This document shows positions 34,001 through 43,951 of a DNA stretch of 64,000 bases, in pieces. The stretch is from an uncultured Candidatus Saccharibacteria bacterium (GTDB lineage: Bacteria > Patescibacteriota > Minisyncoccia > Phycocordibacterales > UBA9973). Within the stretch, counting starts at the first letter, position 1, and the number at the start of each line of letters is the position of its first letter. The stretch spans positions 27,763 through 91,762 of the forward strand of contig CAZQSY010000001.1 of NCBI GenBank assembly GCA_964596395.1, in the 5' to 3' direction. The translations under genes and the position numbers were made by a program. The notes beneath the pieces were generated by a model that searched no databases, was not told where the DNA came from, and worked only from the letters and a program-made list of their open reading frames with translations.

Positions 34001-35463
34001 TTATTATCCCGCAAATCTTCTTCTATGGCAAACAAAGACATGTCTTTCGCATAAGGGGCGGTGAATTCGACGCCGAAAGGCAGGCCGTCTTTCGAGAAAC
34101 CAGAGGGAACAGAAATCGAGGGCAGGCCGGCTAAATTCGCTGAAACCGTAAAAATATCCGAGAGATACATCTGCACCGGGTCTTTCTTTTCGCCCAGCTT
34201 GAAAGCGGTCGTGGGCGTGGTGGGGGTCATCACAAAACCAACCTCTTTGTAAATTGTTTCGTACTCTTTCATGATTTCGCGGCGCACTTTCCAGGCCTGG
34301 TTGTAATAAGCATCGTAGTAGCCGTGTAAAAGAACATACGCGCCCAAAATCACTCTCCTTCTGGTTTCCCGCCCGAAACCGGTTGACCGGCTTTTTTTCA
34401 TGACTTCAAAAATATTGTGACCTTCCTGCCTCAACCCGTAACGCATGCCTTCTAGACGAGCTAGATTAGTAGAAACCTCAGCCGGCAGAATTATATAGTA
34501 GGCCGGCAGAGAATATTTCAGATACGGCATTGAAACGTCTTTCGTCTCATAACCCTTGGCGCGCAATTTTTCCAGCGTTTCTTCAAAATTTTTCAAAACC
34601 TCCGGGTCGACACCCTCTTTCAAAAAATCACGCGGGATGCCGATGACAGAGGCGGAGGAGGGCAAGGATTTTTGAGCGTCTGGTTGAGCCCCGGAGGGGC
34701 GACCCGAGGACCGAAAAAATCCTTGCCCTCCGGAGCTTACATCAATAGACGTCGCGTCCATCTCGTCTTTGCCTACGATGCATTCGTAAATTATTTTCGC
34801 GTCTTCGGATGTTTTAGCGAGCGGCCCTATCTGGTCGAGCGAAGAAGACAAAGCGGTAAGGCCGCGCCGCGATACGGCACCGTAGGTCGGCTTCATACCG
34901 ACAATCCCGCAGAAAGCCGCCGGCTGGCGGATTGATCCGCCGGTGTCGGAACCCAAAGCTCCGAGCGCCATGCCGGCGGCCACCGCCGCGGCCGAACCGC
35001 CCGAAGAACCACCGGGCACCCGGGAAGGGTCGAGAGGATTTCTGGCCGGACCATAAGCAGAATTCTCGGTCGAAGAACCCATGGCGAATTCATCCATATT
35101 CGTACGGCCGATGAAAACCGCGCCGGCCTCTTTTAGTTTTTCTATCACAAAAGCGTCATAGCTCGCCGTATAATTTTCGAGAATCTTGGAAGCAGAGCTC
35201 GTTTTTCGGCCGGTTATCAAGATGTTGTCTTTGACGGCAAGCGGTATGCCGGTAAGCAGCGCGCCTCTGCCTGCTTTTATCATTTCGTCGGAACGTTTCG
35301 CCTGTTCCAGCACGTCATCGAAAACCTCCAGGAAAATATTCAGTTCCTTGTTTTTTGCTTCAATATTTTTTAGGCAGGCCGAAACCAAGTCAACCGAAGT
35401 CAGCTTGCCCTCGCGCATCATTTTACCCGCCGCGGAAATTGTCAGACCCTTAACGTCAATCAT
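33997..35463 (-). CDS. gatA: Glu-tRNA(Gln)/Asp-tRNA(Asn) amidotransferase subunit A
   Basis: amidase signature GGSSGGSAAAVAAG, Ser-cisSer-Lys triad context; contains low-complexity insertion. Confidence 0.85.
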   Translation of the reverse strand: MIDVKGLTISAAGKMMREGKLTSVDLVSACLKNIEAKNKELNIFLEVFDDVLEQAKRSDEMIKAGRGALLTGIPLAVKDNILITGRKTSSASKILENYTASYDAFVIEKLKEAGAVFIGRTNMDEFAMGSSTENSAYGPARNPLDPSRVPGGSSGGSAAAVAAGMALGALGSDTGGSIRQPAAFCGIVGMKPTYGAVSRRGLTALSSSLDQIGPLAKTSEDAKIIYECIVGKDEMDATSIDVSSGGQGFFRSSGRPSGAQPDAQKSLPSSASVIGIPRDFLKEGVDPEVLKNFEETLEKLRAKGYETKDVSMPYLKYSLPAYYIILPAEVSTNLARLEGMRYGLRQEGHNIFEVMKKSRSTGFGRETRRRVILGAYVLLHGYYDAYYNQAWKVRREIMKEYETIYKEVGFVMTPTTPTTAFKLGEKKDPVQMYLSDIFTVSANLAGLPSISVPSGFSKDGLPFGVEFTAPYAKDMSLFAIEEDLRDNK

Positions 35464-35768
35464 AGAATCTTCTTTACCTTCAGGAAAACACCCCCGCCGG
35501 ACGGAGAAGCGGGCTCCCGGTCGGGGAATTGCTTCAGGAGAAGGTCGCGGGAAAATGTTTCCTCCCCCGCCCCTTCTTCACGGGGCAAATCTTCGCGCAG
35601 ATTATTTTTGTTCACGTACTCTACTTCCGAATCCGCCACCTTGAGGTCGCTGATTTGTCTGACATACGCCAAAATGCCGTCTAGGTCTTCGAGCAGACCC
35701 TCTTTTTCGGGCTGAGTCAGTTCAATTTTTGAAATTTCCGCCAGATTTTCAATATCTTTTATCTGCAT
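35460..35768 (-). CDS. gatC: amidotransferase subunit C
   Basis: ~100 aa, LAxLxL...E..L motif, overlapping start of gatA. Confidence 0.7.
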   Translation of the reverse strand: MQIKDIENLAEISKIELTQPEKEGLLEDLDGILAYVRQISDLKVADSEVEYVNKNNLREDLPREEGAGEETFSRDLLLKQFPDREPASPSGGGVFLKVKKIL

Positions 35769-35823
35769 GGCAAAAGTATAGCAGAAACACGTAAAAAACA
35801 GAAAACAACTTATGTTTTTTACA

Positions 35824-36714
35824 TTAACCCTCTAAAAGCGCTTTTATCCTGTCTTCTACGTGCGGATGTGTGGAGAAAAGACCGGAAATTTTGCGACTAA
35901 GCGCATTTCGGTCACCAAAAGGATTGGCAATAAAAAGATGGGCCGTGGCCTTGTGCGCGTGCGCGAGCCGGGCCGAATTGTCGGAAATTTTCCTAAGCGC
36001 GCTCGCCAGCCCTTCCGGATATCTGGTGATGAGAGCCCCCGAAGCGTCGGCTAAAAATTCTCTCTTGCGGGAAACCGCCAGCTGGATAAGCGTGGCGAAA
36101 ATGGGAGCTAGGATAGTCAGAGCTATGCCGACGAGCATGAAAACGCCATTTCCCTTCTCTCTGTCCCGATGCCCACCAAAAAGAGTGCTTCGCAGAAAAA
36201 AATCGGCGGCAATCGAAATGAATCCGGCCAGTACCACCGCCACAGTGGAAATCAAAATATCGCGATTGCCGATATGCGAAAGTTCGTGCGCTATGACCCC
36301 CTCGAGCTCGGTCTTGTCTAAAACTCTGAGAAGGCCGGTAGTTACCCCTACCACCGCGTGTTCTTTGTTTCGGCCGGTGGCGAAAGCGTTCGGCGCGCTG
36401 TCTTCAATCAGGAAAAGCCGGGGCATCGGCAGGCCGGCGGTAATGGCGAGATTCTGTACGATGTTCCAAAGCTCCGGGCTCTCTTCTCTTTTTAATTCGC
36501 GGGCATGGCTCAACCTGAGCGCTATTTTGTCGGAGAACCAGTAACTCGCGATATTCATGATGATGCTGAAAAGTACGAAGAAATACAAAATGCTTGAATC
36601 GCCGTAGTATTGCGAAAAGAAAAAACCGATGGCGATTACCAGCGCGCAAAACCCGCTCATCAGAAACCAGGTCTTCCAAATATTTTTTGACTGCTGTGTG
36701 TATAGCGTGGCCAT
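35824..36714 (-). CDS. htpX: zinc metalloprotease HtpX (M48)
   Basis: HELSHIGNRD HExxH motif, 4 TM. Confidence 0.85.
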   Translation of the reverse strand: MATLYTQQSKNIWKTWFLMSGFCALVIAIGFFFSQYYGDSSILYFFVLFSIIMNIASYWFSDKIALRLSHARELKREESPELWNIVQNLAITAGLPMPRLFLIEDSAPNAFATGRNKEHAVVGVTTGLLRVLDKTELEGVIAHELSHIGNRDILISTVAVVLAGFISIAADFFLRSTLFGGHRDREKGNGVFMLVGIALTILAPIFATLIQLAVSRKREFLADASGALITRYPEGLASALRKISDNSARLAHAHKATAHLFIANPFGDRNALSRKISGLFSTHPHVEDRIKALLEG

Positions 36715-36715
36715 G

Positions 36716-37180
36716 CTATTCCATTATTGTGACGGGTATCAGGATAGACTTGTCGTTTTCTGGCAAACCGGAAGCGTTATCGTTATGAATCTCGATATAA
36801 GCCGGCCCCGGAGGCAATTCGCGAAAATCCAGCGAACCTGCAAAAGAAACCGGGCCGGCAGTCATCCAATCAGCAGTCGCCTCGGCATTCCCCGCCTTCA
36901 ATAAATTTCGGTCTCCGTTTAAAATATTCACCAAGATATTCGCTTCGAAGAAATATCCTCCCTGCAACACACCCTGAAACGGCAGAATCCCGCCAACTTT
37001 TTGCCCCGGCGCAATCGAAAAAGAAACAATGTCCTCTTTATTTCCTAAAACACGCGAAGGAAATATCTCAGGTCCGTCAGGCGTCAAAGGAGGCGATATT
37101 TTTTCCCGCGTCAAAAAAATCGCGAGTGTTACACCGGCTATTACGATTACAAGCAAAAGTAATTTCCCAAATTTAGTCAT
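36716..37180 (-). CDS. secreted protein with Gmad2-like immunoglobulin-like domain
   Basis: signal anchor + pattern GGYFFEANILVNIL...G...A; moderate. Confidence 0.35.
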   Translation of the reverse strand: MTKFGKLLLLVIVIAGVTLAIFLTREKISPPLTPDGPEIFPSRVLGNKEDIVSFSIAPGQKVGGILPFQGVLQGGYFFEANILVNILNGDRNLLKAGNAEATADWMTAGPVSFAGSLDFRELPPGPAYIEIHNDNASGLPENDKSILIPVTIME

Positions 37181-37407
37181 AATTGTTCCAATATTTTCTC
37201 AAACTCCTCCCATGAAATCCCTAATACATCCAGATTGTTTTTCACGATGAACTACGGAAGCGGGTTATCCAGCGGAACGATAATTGGTCTAATCAAATCT
37301 CCACGTGAGTAAACAAAATGGTCACCTTTGATTCGTACGAGCGAGCATCCCACATAACTCAAAAATTTTCTGAATTTCTTAGGGGTTATGCTTTGCTTTT
37401 TAGACAT
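37177..37407 (-). pseudogene. hicA: hicA-family mRNA-interferase toxin gene interrupted by in-frame TAG (codon 52, + coords 37252..37254)
   Basis: manual translation MSKKQSITPKKFRKFLSYVGCSLVRIKGDHFVYSRGDLIRPIIVPLDNPLP*FIVKNNLDVLGISWEEFEKILEQL; HicA pattern (GxxxxRxxGSHxxY...G..TVP.H...L..GTL..IL.QAGL); ATG overlaps hicB stop. Confidence 0.6.
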
Positions 37408-37678
37408 AGCACAAATCCATCGACTGGACGTAATTCGAAATAACAGTAGAAGGCTCCCAATTTGATTTTATTCTACGCCAGCCAAGATTAACAAGTACTT
37501 TGTCCAAAGTCACCATGCGCGTAAGCTCTCCAAAAAAAACTTCAACCGCCTCTCCAAAACATGATTGGACTTTATGGTACGTTTTTGCGGAAGTAGAAAG
37601 GTCAAGAGCCGGGCCGTATGCAACATAGCTCTTGCCTTCCTTTAAAACAGTAACCGGCAAATTTACCTTGGGATTCAA
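37400..37678 (-). CDS. hicB: HicB-family antitoxin-like protein (UPF0150 fold, no obvious DNA-binding extension)
   Basis: VTVLKEGKSYVAYGPALDLSTSAKTYHKVQSCFGEAVEVFF matches HicB N-domain pattern. Confidence 0.5.
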   Translation of the reverse strand: MNPKVNLPVTVLKEGKSYVAYGPALDLSTSAKTYHKVQSCFGEAVEVFFGELTRMVTLDKVLVNLGWRRIKSNWEPSTVISNYVQSMDLCYV

Positions 37679-37750
37679 TTTTTAAATAACTTATCCATTC
37701 TACTAAATTAAAACGGAAAAAACAAACTTACCTATCATTGATTTCTAATT

Positions 37751-38371
37751 TCAGTATGGTTTTTCGTTGGGGGGAAAAAGATCAAAGTACTTCTTTGGGA
37801 TATGATGCCATTGAAACCATACAAATTCCCTGCCCTGAATTTCGAAAGCTATACCATACAAATAAGATTCTGGAATTATTATTTGTGGACGAGAATAGTT
37901 GCCATAACTAATATGATTTTTCCAAACATCTAGACGCATAACGCGAAAGTTTTTACCCCTCAAAATTTCCTTCGCGTTCGGAAACCTGTCTAGTAGGTCC
38001 ATGTCAGAGATTGCACCTAAAATATCTATCCCTTCCCTGGGTATACCCTTGAAATCTTTCTTGAATGAATCAAGCCACTCTTTCCCTTGCACCGAAGGGA
38101 AATTAAGGAATGCATAATAAAGTTTTAAGGCTTCCTGTTTTACAAGATCTCTATCGTAATCTTTGTGCTGATATTTTAACAAAAACTGGTCTCTAACTTT
38201 TTCGAAATTAACAACGAGACTATCCTGAGCTACTTCAGTTTTTCTACTTTTAAAGCTCTCTTCCTCTTGAGATTTCTGTGCCAACACACCTTTATTTACT
38301 GTCCCGATACTAAGCCCCAAGGATGTAGCACCTATTATGAGTTTTTCTAGAAATTTACTTTCCATTATCAC
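37751..38371 (-). CDS. hypothetical secreted protein
   Basis: signal anchor; no family recognised. Confidence 0.3.
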   Translation of the reverse strand: MIMESKFLEKLIIGATSLGLSIGTVNKGVLAQKSQEEESFKSRKTEVAQDSLVVNFEKVRDQFLLKYQHKDYDRDLVKQEALKLYYAFLNFPSVQGKEWLDSFKKDFKGIPREGIDILGAISDMDLLDRFPNAKEILRGKNFRVMRLDVWKNHISYGNYSRPQIIIPESYLYGIAFEIQGREFVWFQWHHIPKKYFDLFPPNEKPY

Positions 38372-38380
38372 ATGCCATAG

Positions 38381-38944
38381 CTAAAACTTCACTTCTACCG
38401 GATTCTGTGCGGCGTCGGCGTCGGGCAAGTCGAAGAGGTCCATTTTATTGAATCCAAAAATTCCGGCAATCAGGTTGTTCGGGAAACTTTCAACCGAGGT
38501 GTTCAAGTCGCGCACGTTTGCGTTGTAAAACCGGCGGGCCGCCTGAATTTTGTTTTCTGTATCCGAAAGCTCGCTCTGCAAGGCCAGGAAATTCTGGTTC
38601 GCCTTTAAATCAGGATAGGCCTCGGAAAGCGCGAAGATTGACTTCAGCGCTCCAGAGAGCATATTCTCGGCTTCGGCGTGGGCCTGGGTCGGGCCTTGCG
38701 CGCTCATGGCGGCACTGCGGGCTTTGGTCACATTCTCAAAAGCCGAAGATTCGTGGGTAGCGTAACCCTTGACGGTATTTACTAAATTGGGAATAAGGTC
38801 GTAACGGCGCTTGAGCTGAACCTCTATGTCGGCCCAGGCCTCTTTGGCACGGTTTACCATGCGCACGAAACCGTTATAGGCGAAAATCGCCCACAACACA
38901 ACAACGCCCAAAATAATATAAATGTATTTCATGGGATTAATCAT
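38381..38944 (-). CDS. lemA: LemA family protein
   Basis: N-terminal TM + WADIEVQLKRRYDLIPNLV LemA signature. Confidence 0.8.
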   Translation of the reverse strand: MINPMKYIYIILGVVVLWAIFAYNGFVRMVNRAKEAWADIEVQLKRRYDLIPNLVNTVKGYATHESSAFENVTKARSAAMSAQGPTQAHAEAENMLSGALKSIFALSEAYPDLKANQNFLALQSELSDTENKIQAARRFYNANVRDLNTSVESFPNNLIAGIFGFNKMDLFDLPDADAAQNPVEVKF

Positions 38945-38954
38945 ACCACAAAAA

Positions 38955-39848
38955 TTACTTTTTGTTCTGTATATCCTCTGCCATCACGAGCAGAGGAGAG
39001 GCAAGAAAGATAGAAGAATACGTGCCGAAGAACATGCCGACTGTGAGCATCAAGGCGAAATATTTGGTTGATTCCGGCCCGAAAAAGAAAAGCGAAAGCA
39101 GAACGATAATGACGGTAACCGAAGTGAAAATAGAACGCATGAACGATTGGTCTAAACTCCTACCCACGTTTTCGTAAAAAGCAAGCTTCGTTTCTCCTTT
39201 CAAATTTTCCCTGATTCTGTCAAAGATTACGATTGTGTCTGAGACCGAAAGTCCGAGTATGGTAAGGCAAGCGACGACAAAAAGAGTGTCTATTTCTGCG
39301 CCGTAAAAATAGCTCAAAGCCGAGAAAATCCCGACCGGAATCATAACATCATGGAGTAGTGCTATCACCGCGATGACTCCGTACTTCCACGAAGACACGG
39401 GACGAGAAACATGCCTGAAGGCGAAAGCGATAAACGCGATTATGGCAAGGGATACCAGAGCGATGGCAACGAATGCCTTTCGTGAAAGTTCGCGGCCGAC
39501 CGAAGGACCAATCGAGTTGAATCCTTTTTCTTCTAACGGGTTTTTCCCGTCCATTGAAAGCGCCTTCAAAAGCTCTGCATGCTTTGCTTCGTCAATCTCT
39601 GGAGATTTTATTATGTACCCCCGCTCCCCCGTCGGCTGAACCAAAACCGAACCGAGCATGAGGGGTTTTAATGATTCTTCAAGTACTTTTTGTTCGGGCC
39701 GGGTTTCTTTGTATTCTACTTCTGTCAGAGCCCCGCCTTTGAATTCAATATTTAAGCGCGGCTTGAACAAGAAAATTGAAACAATCGAAAGGAGCACCAG
39801 CGCCACGGAAATGCTTATGAATATTTTTTTGTGTTTTACAATAAACAT
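38955..39848 (-). CDS. secF: protein-export membrane protein SecF
   Basis: 6 TM, adjacent to secD, family pattern. Confidence 0.8.
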   Translation of the reverse strand: MFIVKHKKIFISISVALVLLSIVSIFLFKPRLNIEFKGGALTEVEYKETRPEQKVLEESLKPLMLGSVLVQPTGERGYIIKSPEIDEAKHAELLKALSMDGKNPLEEKGFNSIGPSVGRELSRKAFVAIALVSLAIIAFIAFAFRHVSRPVSSWKYGVIAVIALLHDVMIPVGIFSALSYFYGAEIDTLFVVACLTILGLSVSDTIVIFDRIRENLKGETKLAFYENVGRSLDQSFMRSIFTSVTVIIVLLSLFFFGPESTKYFALMLTVGMFFGTYSSIFLASPLLVMAEDIQNKK

Positions 39849-39849
39849 G

Positions 39850-41220
39850 TTATTTATTCAATCCGCTTGAAAAAAGAAATCTAGCGACCTTGTTTTCTCC
39901 CACGAACACGAAGCCCGAGAGAAACACTTTGGAAATTAAGATGGCCGAGAACATCGACACCAAGACACCCATACCGAGTACCAGAGCGAAACCTTTGATA
40001 AGCGGAGTGCCGAACCAAAACAATATCAGGGCCGAAATAATGGTGGACAAATTCGAATCCCGAATCGAATTCCATGCCCGGTGAAAACCGGCCGAAACCG
40101 AATCAACAATCGTTCGCCCGGAACGCATTTCTTCTTTCATTCTTTCAAAAATAAGAATGTTCGCGTCTACCGCGATACCGATTGAGATAATAAACCCGGC
40201 AATTCCGGCCGCCGTCAGAGTCACGGGCATAAGTTTGAACAACGCCAGCATGATTATGACGTACATGAAAAGCGCCAGCACCGCCACGAATCCCGGCAAG
40301 CGATACCAAAGCAAGAGAAACAGCGCCACCGCCATAAAACCAACAATCGCGGCTTTGACTCCGGCCGCCACGGCCGTCTCGCCCAATATCGCGCCGATGG
40401 TCTGCCGGGAAAGCAGCGTAATCGGCACCGGTAATGCCCCGGAATTCAATCTGCCAACGAGCTGTTTGCCTTCGCTCGGAGTAAAGTTTCCGGAAATCAC
40501 CGCCTGCCCGCTCGGTATTTCTTCGCGCACCACGGGCGTAGAAATCGGCGCGCCGTCAAGGTAAATCGCCACCATCTTCCCGATGTTTTTCTTGGTAATG
40601 TCGGCGAAAAGTTTGGTTCCCGTATCGTCAAACTGCAAACTTACTGTCGGCTCATTAGTCGTCGGGTCAAAGACAAGCGCTGCTTTTTTCAAATATCTTC
40701 CGGTGAGCTCTGTGGAAACAAACTGAGGCCCAACATCCAAACTCACCTGTCCTTCCGCATTTACTTTCGCTTTCTGCGGAGTTCCTTCCGGCGCTTCAAC
40801 TTTAAATTCCAAGAGCGGGGTCTGCCCTATCATCTCGGTTGCCTTTTCTACATCGGTTACGCCCGGCAAATCAACAATCAGCTGTTCCTCGCCGCCCGAG
40901 ACGAAACTCGCGCTCTGCACATGCACCACCGGCTCGGAAACGCCAAAGAGGTTTACCCGGCGCTCAATCACGTCGCGCAGGGCATCCATCGAAGAAGACA
41001 CTTCGCCCGAAGGCACTTGGGAAACATCCGCCTTGTACACCAAGTGGCTACCTCCCGAAAGGTCGAGCCCCAAATGAAACGGGTGATTTTTGAAAAATGA
41101 AGCGGCGTTCTCGAAACTCTTATTTAGTTTCGGTTCGGACTTAACCACAAAAAAGGCCACCATTGACCCGAGCGCGAGCACTATCAGCATAGAAACTACC
41201 TTTTTCCACATAGACACCAA
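39850..41220 (-). CDS. secD: protein-export membrane protein SecD
   Basis: large periplasmic domain + C-terminal 6 TM, family pattern. Confidence 0.8.
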   Translation of the reverse strand: MVSMWKKVVSMLIVLALGSMVAFFVVKSEPKLNKSFENAASFFKNHPFHLGLDLSGGSHLVYKADVSQVPSGEVSSSMDALRDVIERRVNLFGVSEPVVHVQSASFVSGGEEQLIVDLPGVTDVEKATEMIGQTPLLEFKVEAPEGTPQKAKVNAEGQVSLDVGPQFVSTELTGRYLKKAALVFDPTTNEPTVSLQFDDTGTKLFADITKKNIGKMVAIYLDGAPISTPVVREEIPSGQAVISGNFTPSEGKQLVGRLNSGALPVPITLLSRQTIGAILGETAVAAGVKAAIVGFMAVALFLLLWYRLPGFVAVLALFMYVIIMLALFKLMPVTLTAAGIAGFIISIGIAVDANILIFERMKEEMRSGRTIVDSVSAGFHRAWNSIRDSNLSTIISALILFWFGTPLIKGFALVLGMGVLVSMFSAILISKVFLSGFVFVGENKVARFLFSSGLNK

Positions 41221-41268
41221 ACATTCTACACTTTTATCTTAAAAAAGCAAAAAGAAAAGAACGTGAGA

Positions 41269-41811
41269 TTATTTTCGAGTACAGTAATTGTAAAAATGCC
41301 TGACGACAATCGATACCAGCGCGCCTAGAGCTAAACCGGTCAAAATATCAATCGGAAAATGAACGCCAGCGGCTATGCGAGCCACGCCTATAATGAGAGC
41401 AAAAATTCCGAAAACGTAGCCGACTTTTTTATTGTAAAAATATAAGGCGACAGCCAGGGCGGAGAAAAAAACCGCGTGCCCCGACGGAAAAGCGTAGCCG
41501 CTCTCGTAAAAAAGCGGAGTAACGCCGAAAAAATCAAAGGGCCTCTCTGCCTGAAAAACAAGTTTCAGAACATGCACCAAAAACCAGGCGGAAAACGCGG
41601 ACAAAAAGACGAGAAAAAAATCTCTTATCTTCTGCCTAAAACCTGGCTTGGCGGTTAAACCGCCAAGCGGCGCGTTTTTGAAAATCAAAAACAAAATCGC
41701 CAAGAATACAACAGCGTAAGGCAAAAAGTTAGCCAAAAAAATTACCATTGCGTCTCCGAGTTCAGACCGGTGCGCCAGATTATAAAAAAAATAAAAAATA
41801 TTTTCGTTCAT
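41269..41811 (-). CDS. PAP2-family phosphatase (undecaprenyl-diphosphatase/BcrC-like)
   Basis: PSGHA and SR...H motifs in multi-TM protein. Confidence 0.65.
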   Translation of the reverse strand: MNENIFYFFYNLAHRSELGDAMVIFLANFLPYAVVFLAILFLIFKNAPLGGLTAKPGFRQKIRDFFLVFLSAFSAWFLVHVLKLVFQAERPFDFFGVTPLFYESGYAFPSGHAVFFSALAVALYFYNKKVGYVFGIFALIIGVARIAAGVHFPIDILTGLALGALVSIVVRHFYNYCTRK

Positions 41812-42653
41812 GTTGTTTTATTCTTCGCCGTTTGCAAAACGTTTCTAAGGAGCATGGCCACCGTCACCGGCCCGACGCCGCCCGGAACCGGCGAGACATA
41901 CCCAGCCACGCCCTTTACCGAATCCATATCCACATCTCCCGCTATCCCCCCTTCCGACTCGGATGTGCCGGCGTCTATCAGCACGGCTCCCTTTTTTATC
42001 ATATCCCCTTTTATGTATCCGGGCTTGCCGATGCCGGAAATTATAACATCCGCCTGTTTGATTATTTCCTCTTTGTCTGGCGTATTACTGCCGACAATCT
42101 GCGGCTCATGCCCCCGAAATTTAAGCAAAGCGGCTACGGGCTTACCCACAAGCTCTCCCTGACCCAATACAACTATGTTCTTCCGAAGAGACGGCGGGAG
42201 ACCTAGACCCAAAGAATCAAGTAAATAGATGCAGGCCAGCGCGGCGGGTGAAGCGGCGACGCCTTTACCGCTGTAAAATTTTTCCTTGGCGGATGTAGAA
42301 AGGCAATCAACATCGAGCGCCGGGTCGATTGCGTCAAGCACTTTCTGCCGGTCGATATGCGGCGGTAGCGGCAGCTGCACGATTACCCCGCACATGTTCG
42401 GCACTTCGTTTAATTTTTTTATGCTTTCAGCCAATTCCAGGGAATCTGCGGAAGCGGGAAAGCGGGCTTCGTGAAATTTCACCCCGACCGACTCGGCCGC
42501 TTTCGCTTTCGTCTTGACGTACTGCATAGAAGACGGGTCTTCACCCACCAAAACATCGCAAAAAACCGGTGCGAACGGCAGAATCGTAACTTCTTTTTTT
42601 AGTTCCGCCAAAATTCCATCCCTGATTTTTCTGCCGTCGATTATCTGCATCAA
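41808..42653 (-). CDS. folD: bifunctional methylenetetrahydrofolate dehydrogenase/cyclohydrolase
   Basis: N-terminal IIDGRKI...VLVGEDPSSMQYVKTK and C-terminal GGVGP(V/M)T motifs. Confidence 0.85.
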   Translation of the reverse strand: MMQIIDGRKIRDGILAELKKEVTILPFAPVFCDVLVGEDPSSMQYVKTKAKAAESVGVKFHEARFPASADSLELAESIKKLNEVPNMCGVIVQLPLPPHIDRQKVLDAIDPALDVDCLSTSAKEKFYSGKGVAASPAALACIYLLDSLGLGLPPSLRKNIVVLGQGELVGKPVAALLKFRGHEPQIVGSNTPDKEEIIKQADVIISGIGKPGYIKGDMIKKGAVLIDAGTSESEGGIAGDVDMDSVKGVAGYVSPVPGGVGPVTVAMLLRNVLQTAKNKTT

Positions 42654-42819
42654 ACCACTATAATATCTTTTGCGTCTTTCCGCAAAACCTTACAGCTCGA
42701 GCGGCAGCATACTTTTGCGAGCTGGTCTGGTTGAGGCCGTACCTTTAAAGACCGGCTGCGCGGCCGACCCGAAGACCCGAGCAAAAGCATGCTGCCGCGA
42801 AGGTGATTATAAAAAGATT

Positions 42820-43950
42820 TCACGCCCCCAAAAACTCGTGCTTCGTGTCATCCCGATGCGCAGGTCTCGCGTACCGACGCATGTTCATCAATATGCCCAG
42901 CCCGGCAAATTCGGCCACTAGATGCGAACCGCCGTAACTCATAAAAGGAAGCGGAATCCCGGTAATCGGCATAAGCCCTATGTTCATACCCACGTTTACA
43001 AGTATGTGGCTCATCAGAAAAACGGCCAGGCCCGAGGCGAAAAGCATTTCAAAATTAGACGACCCCAAAGCGGCGGCGGAAAGAATCCTCCAAATCACCA
43101 GGGCAAAAAACAAAAGCACTAGGAACGAGCCCACCAAGCCCCATTCTTCGGCAAAAGCCGCAAAGATGAAATCGGTCTCGGGTTCGGGCAGAAATTTGAG
43201 CCGCGACTGCGTGCCAAAACCGAGACCTTTACCCAAGACCTGGCCGGAACCCACGGCAATGGTCGATTGAAACGCGTTATATCCCGAATCGTGGATATCC
43301 GCCAGCGGATTTATGAAACTCACGATACGGGCTTTCTGATAAGGAGCAAAAACAAAATACCACATGACGATGAAAACAAGCGCGCCCGACAAGAAAACAA
43401 GCAGAAGGTGTGTCTTGGAAATTCCCGAAACCAGCACCATCCCGAGCCAAATCAAAAAAATTACGATGGCCGAACCAAAATCCGGCTGCAACAAGACCAA
43501 TAAGAAAGGCACAAACATGTAAAAACCGGATATGAATATGTGCTTTATGTCTTTTATTTCCACGTGCCGGCGCGAGAAATATTTTGAAAAAATCAAAACT
43601 AGGGCAAGCTTCATCAGGTCGCCGGGCTGAAAAGAAAAAAGACCGAAAGAAAACCAGCTCTGCACTCCCCTGGTGGTATTGCCGAAAAGAAGCAAAGCCA
43701 CGAGGAGTAGGGCGAGCGTGACAAACAATACAACCAGCACATCAGTACGGCGCAGAAAACCAAAGTCGATTTTCGAGAAAACAAAGAAAACAGCGAAGGC
43801 GACCGCTATCCACACAAGTTGGCGGCTGAAAAAATTCACGGAACCCTCTTCGGGCGTGAATGACTTCATGGTGAAAAGCCCCGCCAGAAGAATCGGCACG
43901 ATAAAAAAAACCAAAAGCCAATCAATTTTTCCGGAGATTTTTTCAATCAT
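42820..43950 (-). CDS. SEDS-family peptidoglycan glycosyltransferase (FtsW/RodA)
   Basis: 10 TM, conserved FtsW/RodA C-terminal region. Confidence 0.8.
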   Translation of the reverse strand: MIEKISGKIDWLLVFFIVPILLAGLFTMKSFTPEEGSVNFFSRQLVWIAVAFAVFFVFSKIDFGFLRRTDVLVVLFVTLALLLVALLLFGNTTRGVQSWFSFGLFSFQPGDLMKLALVLIFSKYFSRRHVEIKDIKHIFISGFYMFVPFLLVLLQPDFGSAIVIFLIWLGMVLVSGISKTHLLLVFLSGALVFIVMWYFVFAPYQKARIVSFINPLADIHDSGYNAFQSTIAVGSGQVLGKGLGFGTQSRLKFLPEPETDFIFAAFAEEWGLVGSFLVLLFFALVIWRILSAAALGSSNFEMLFASGLAVFLMSHILVNVGMNIGLMPITGIPLPFMSYGGSHLVAEFAGLGILMNMRRYARPAHRDDTKHEFLGA

Positions 43951-43951
43951 T

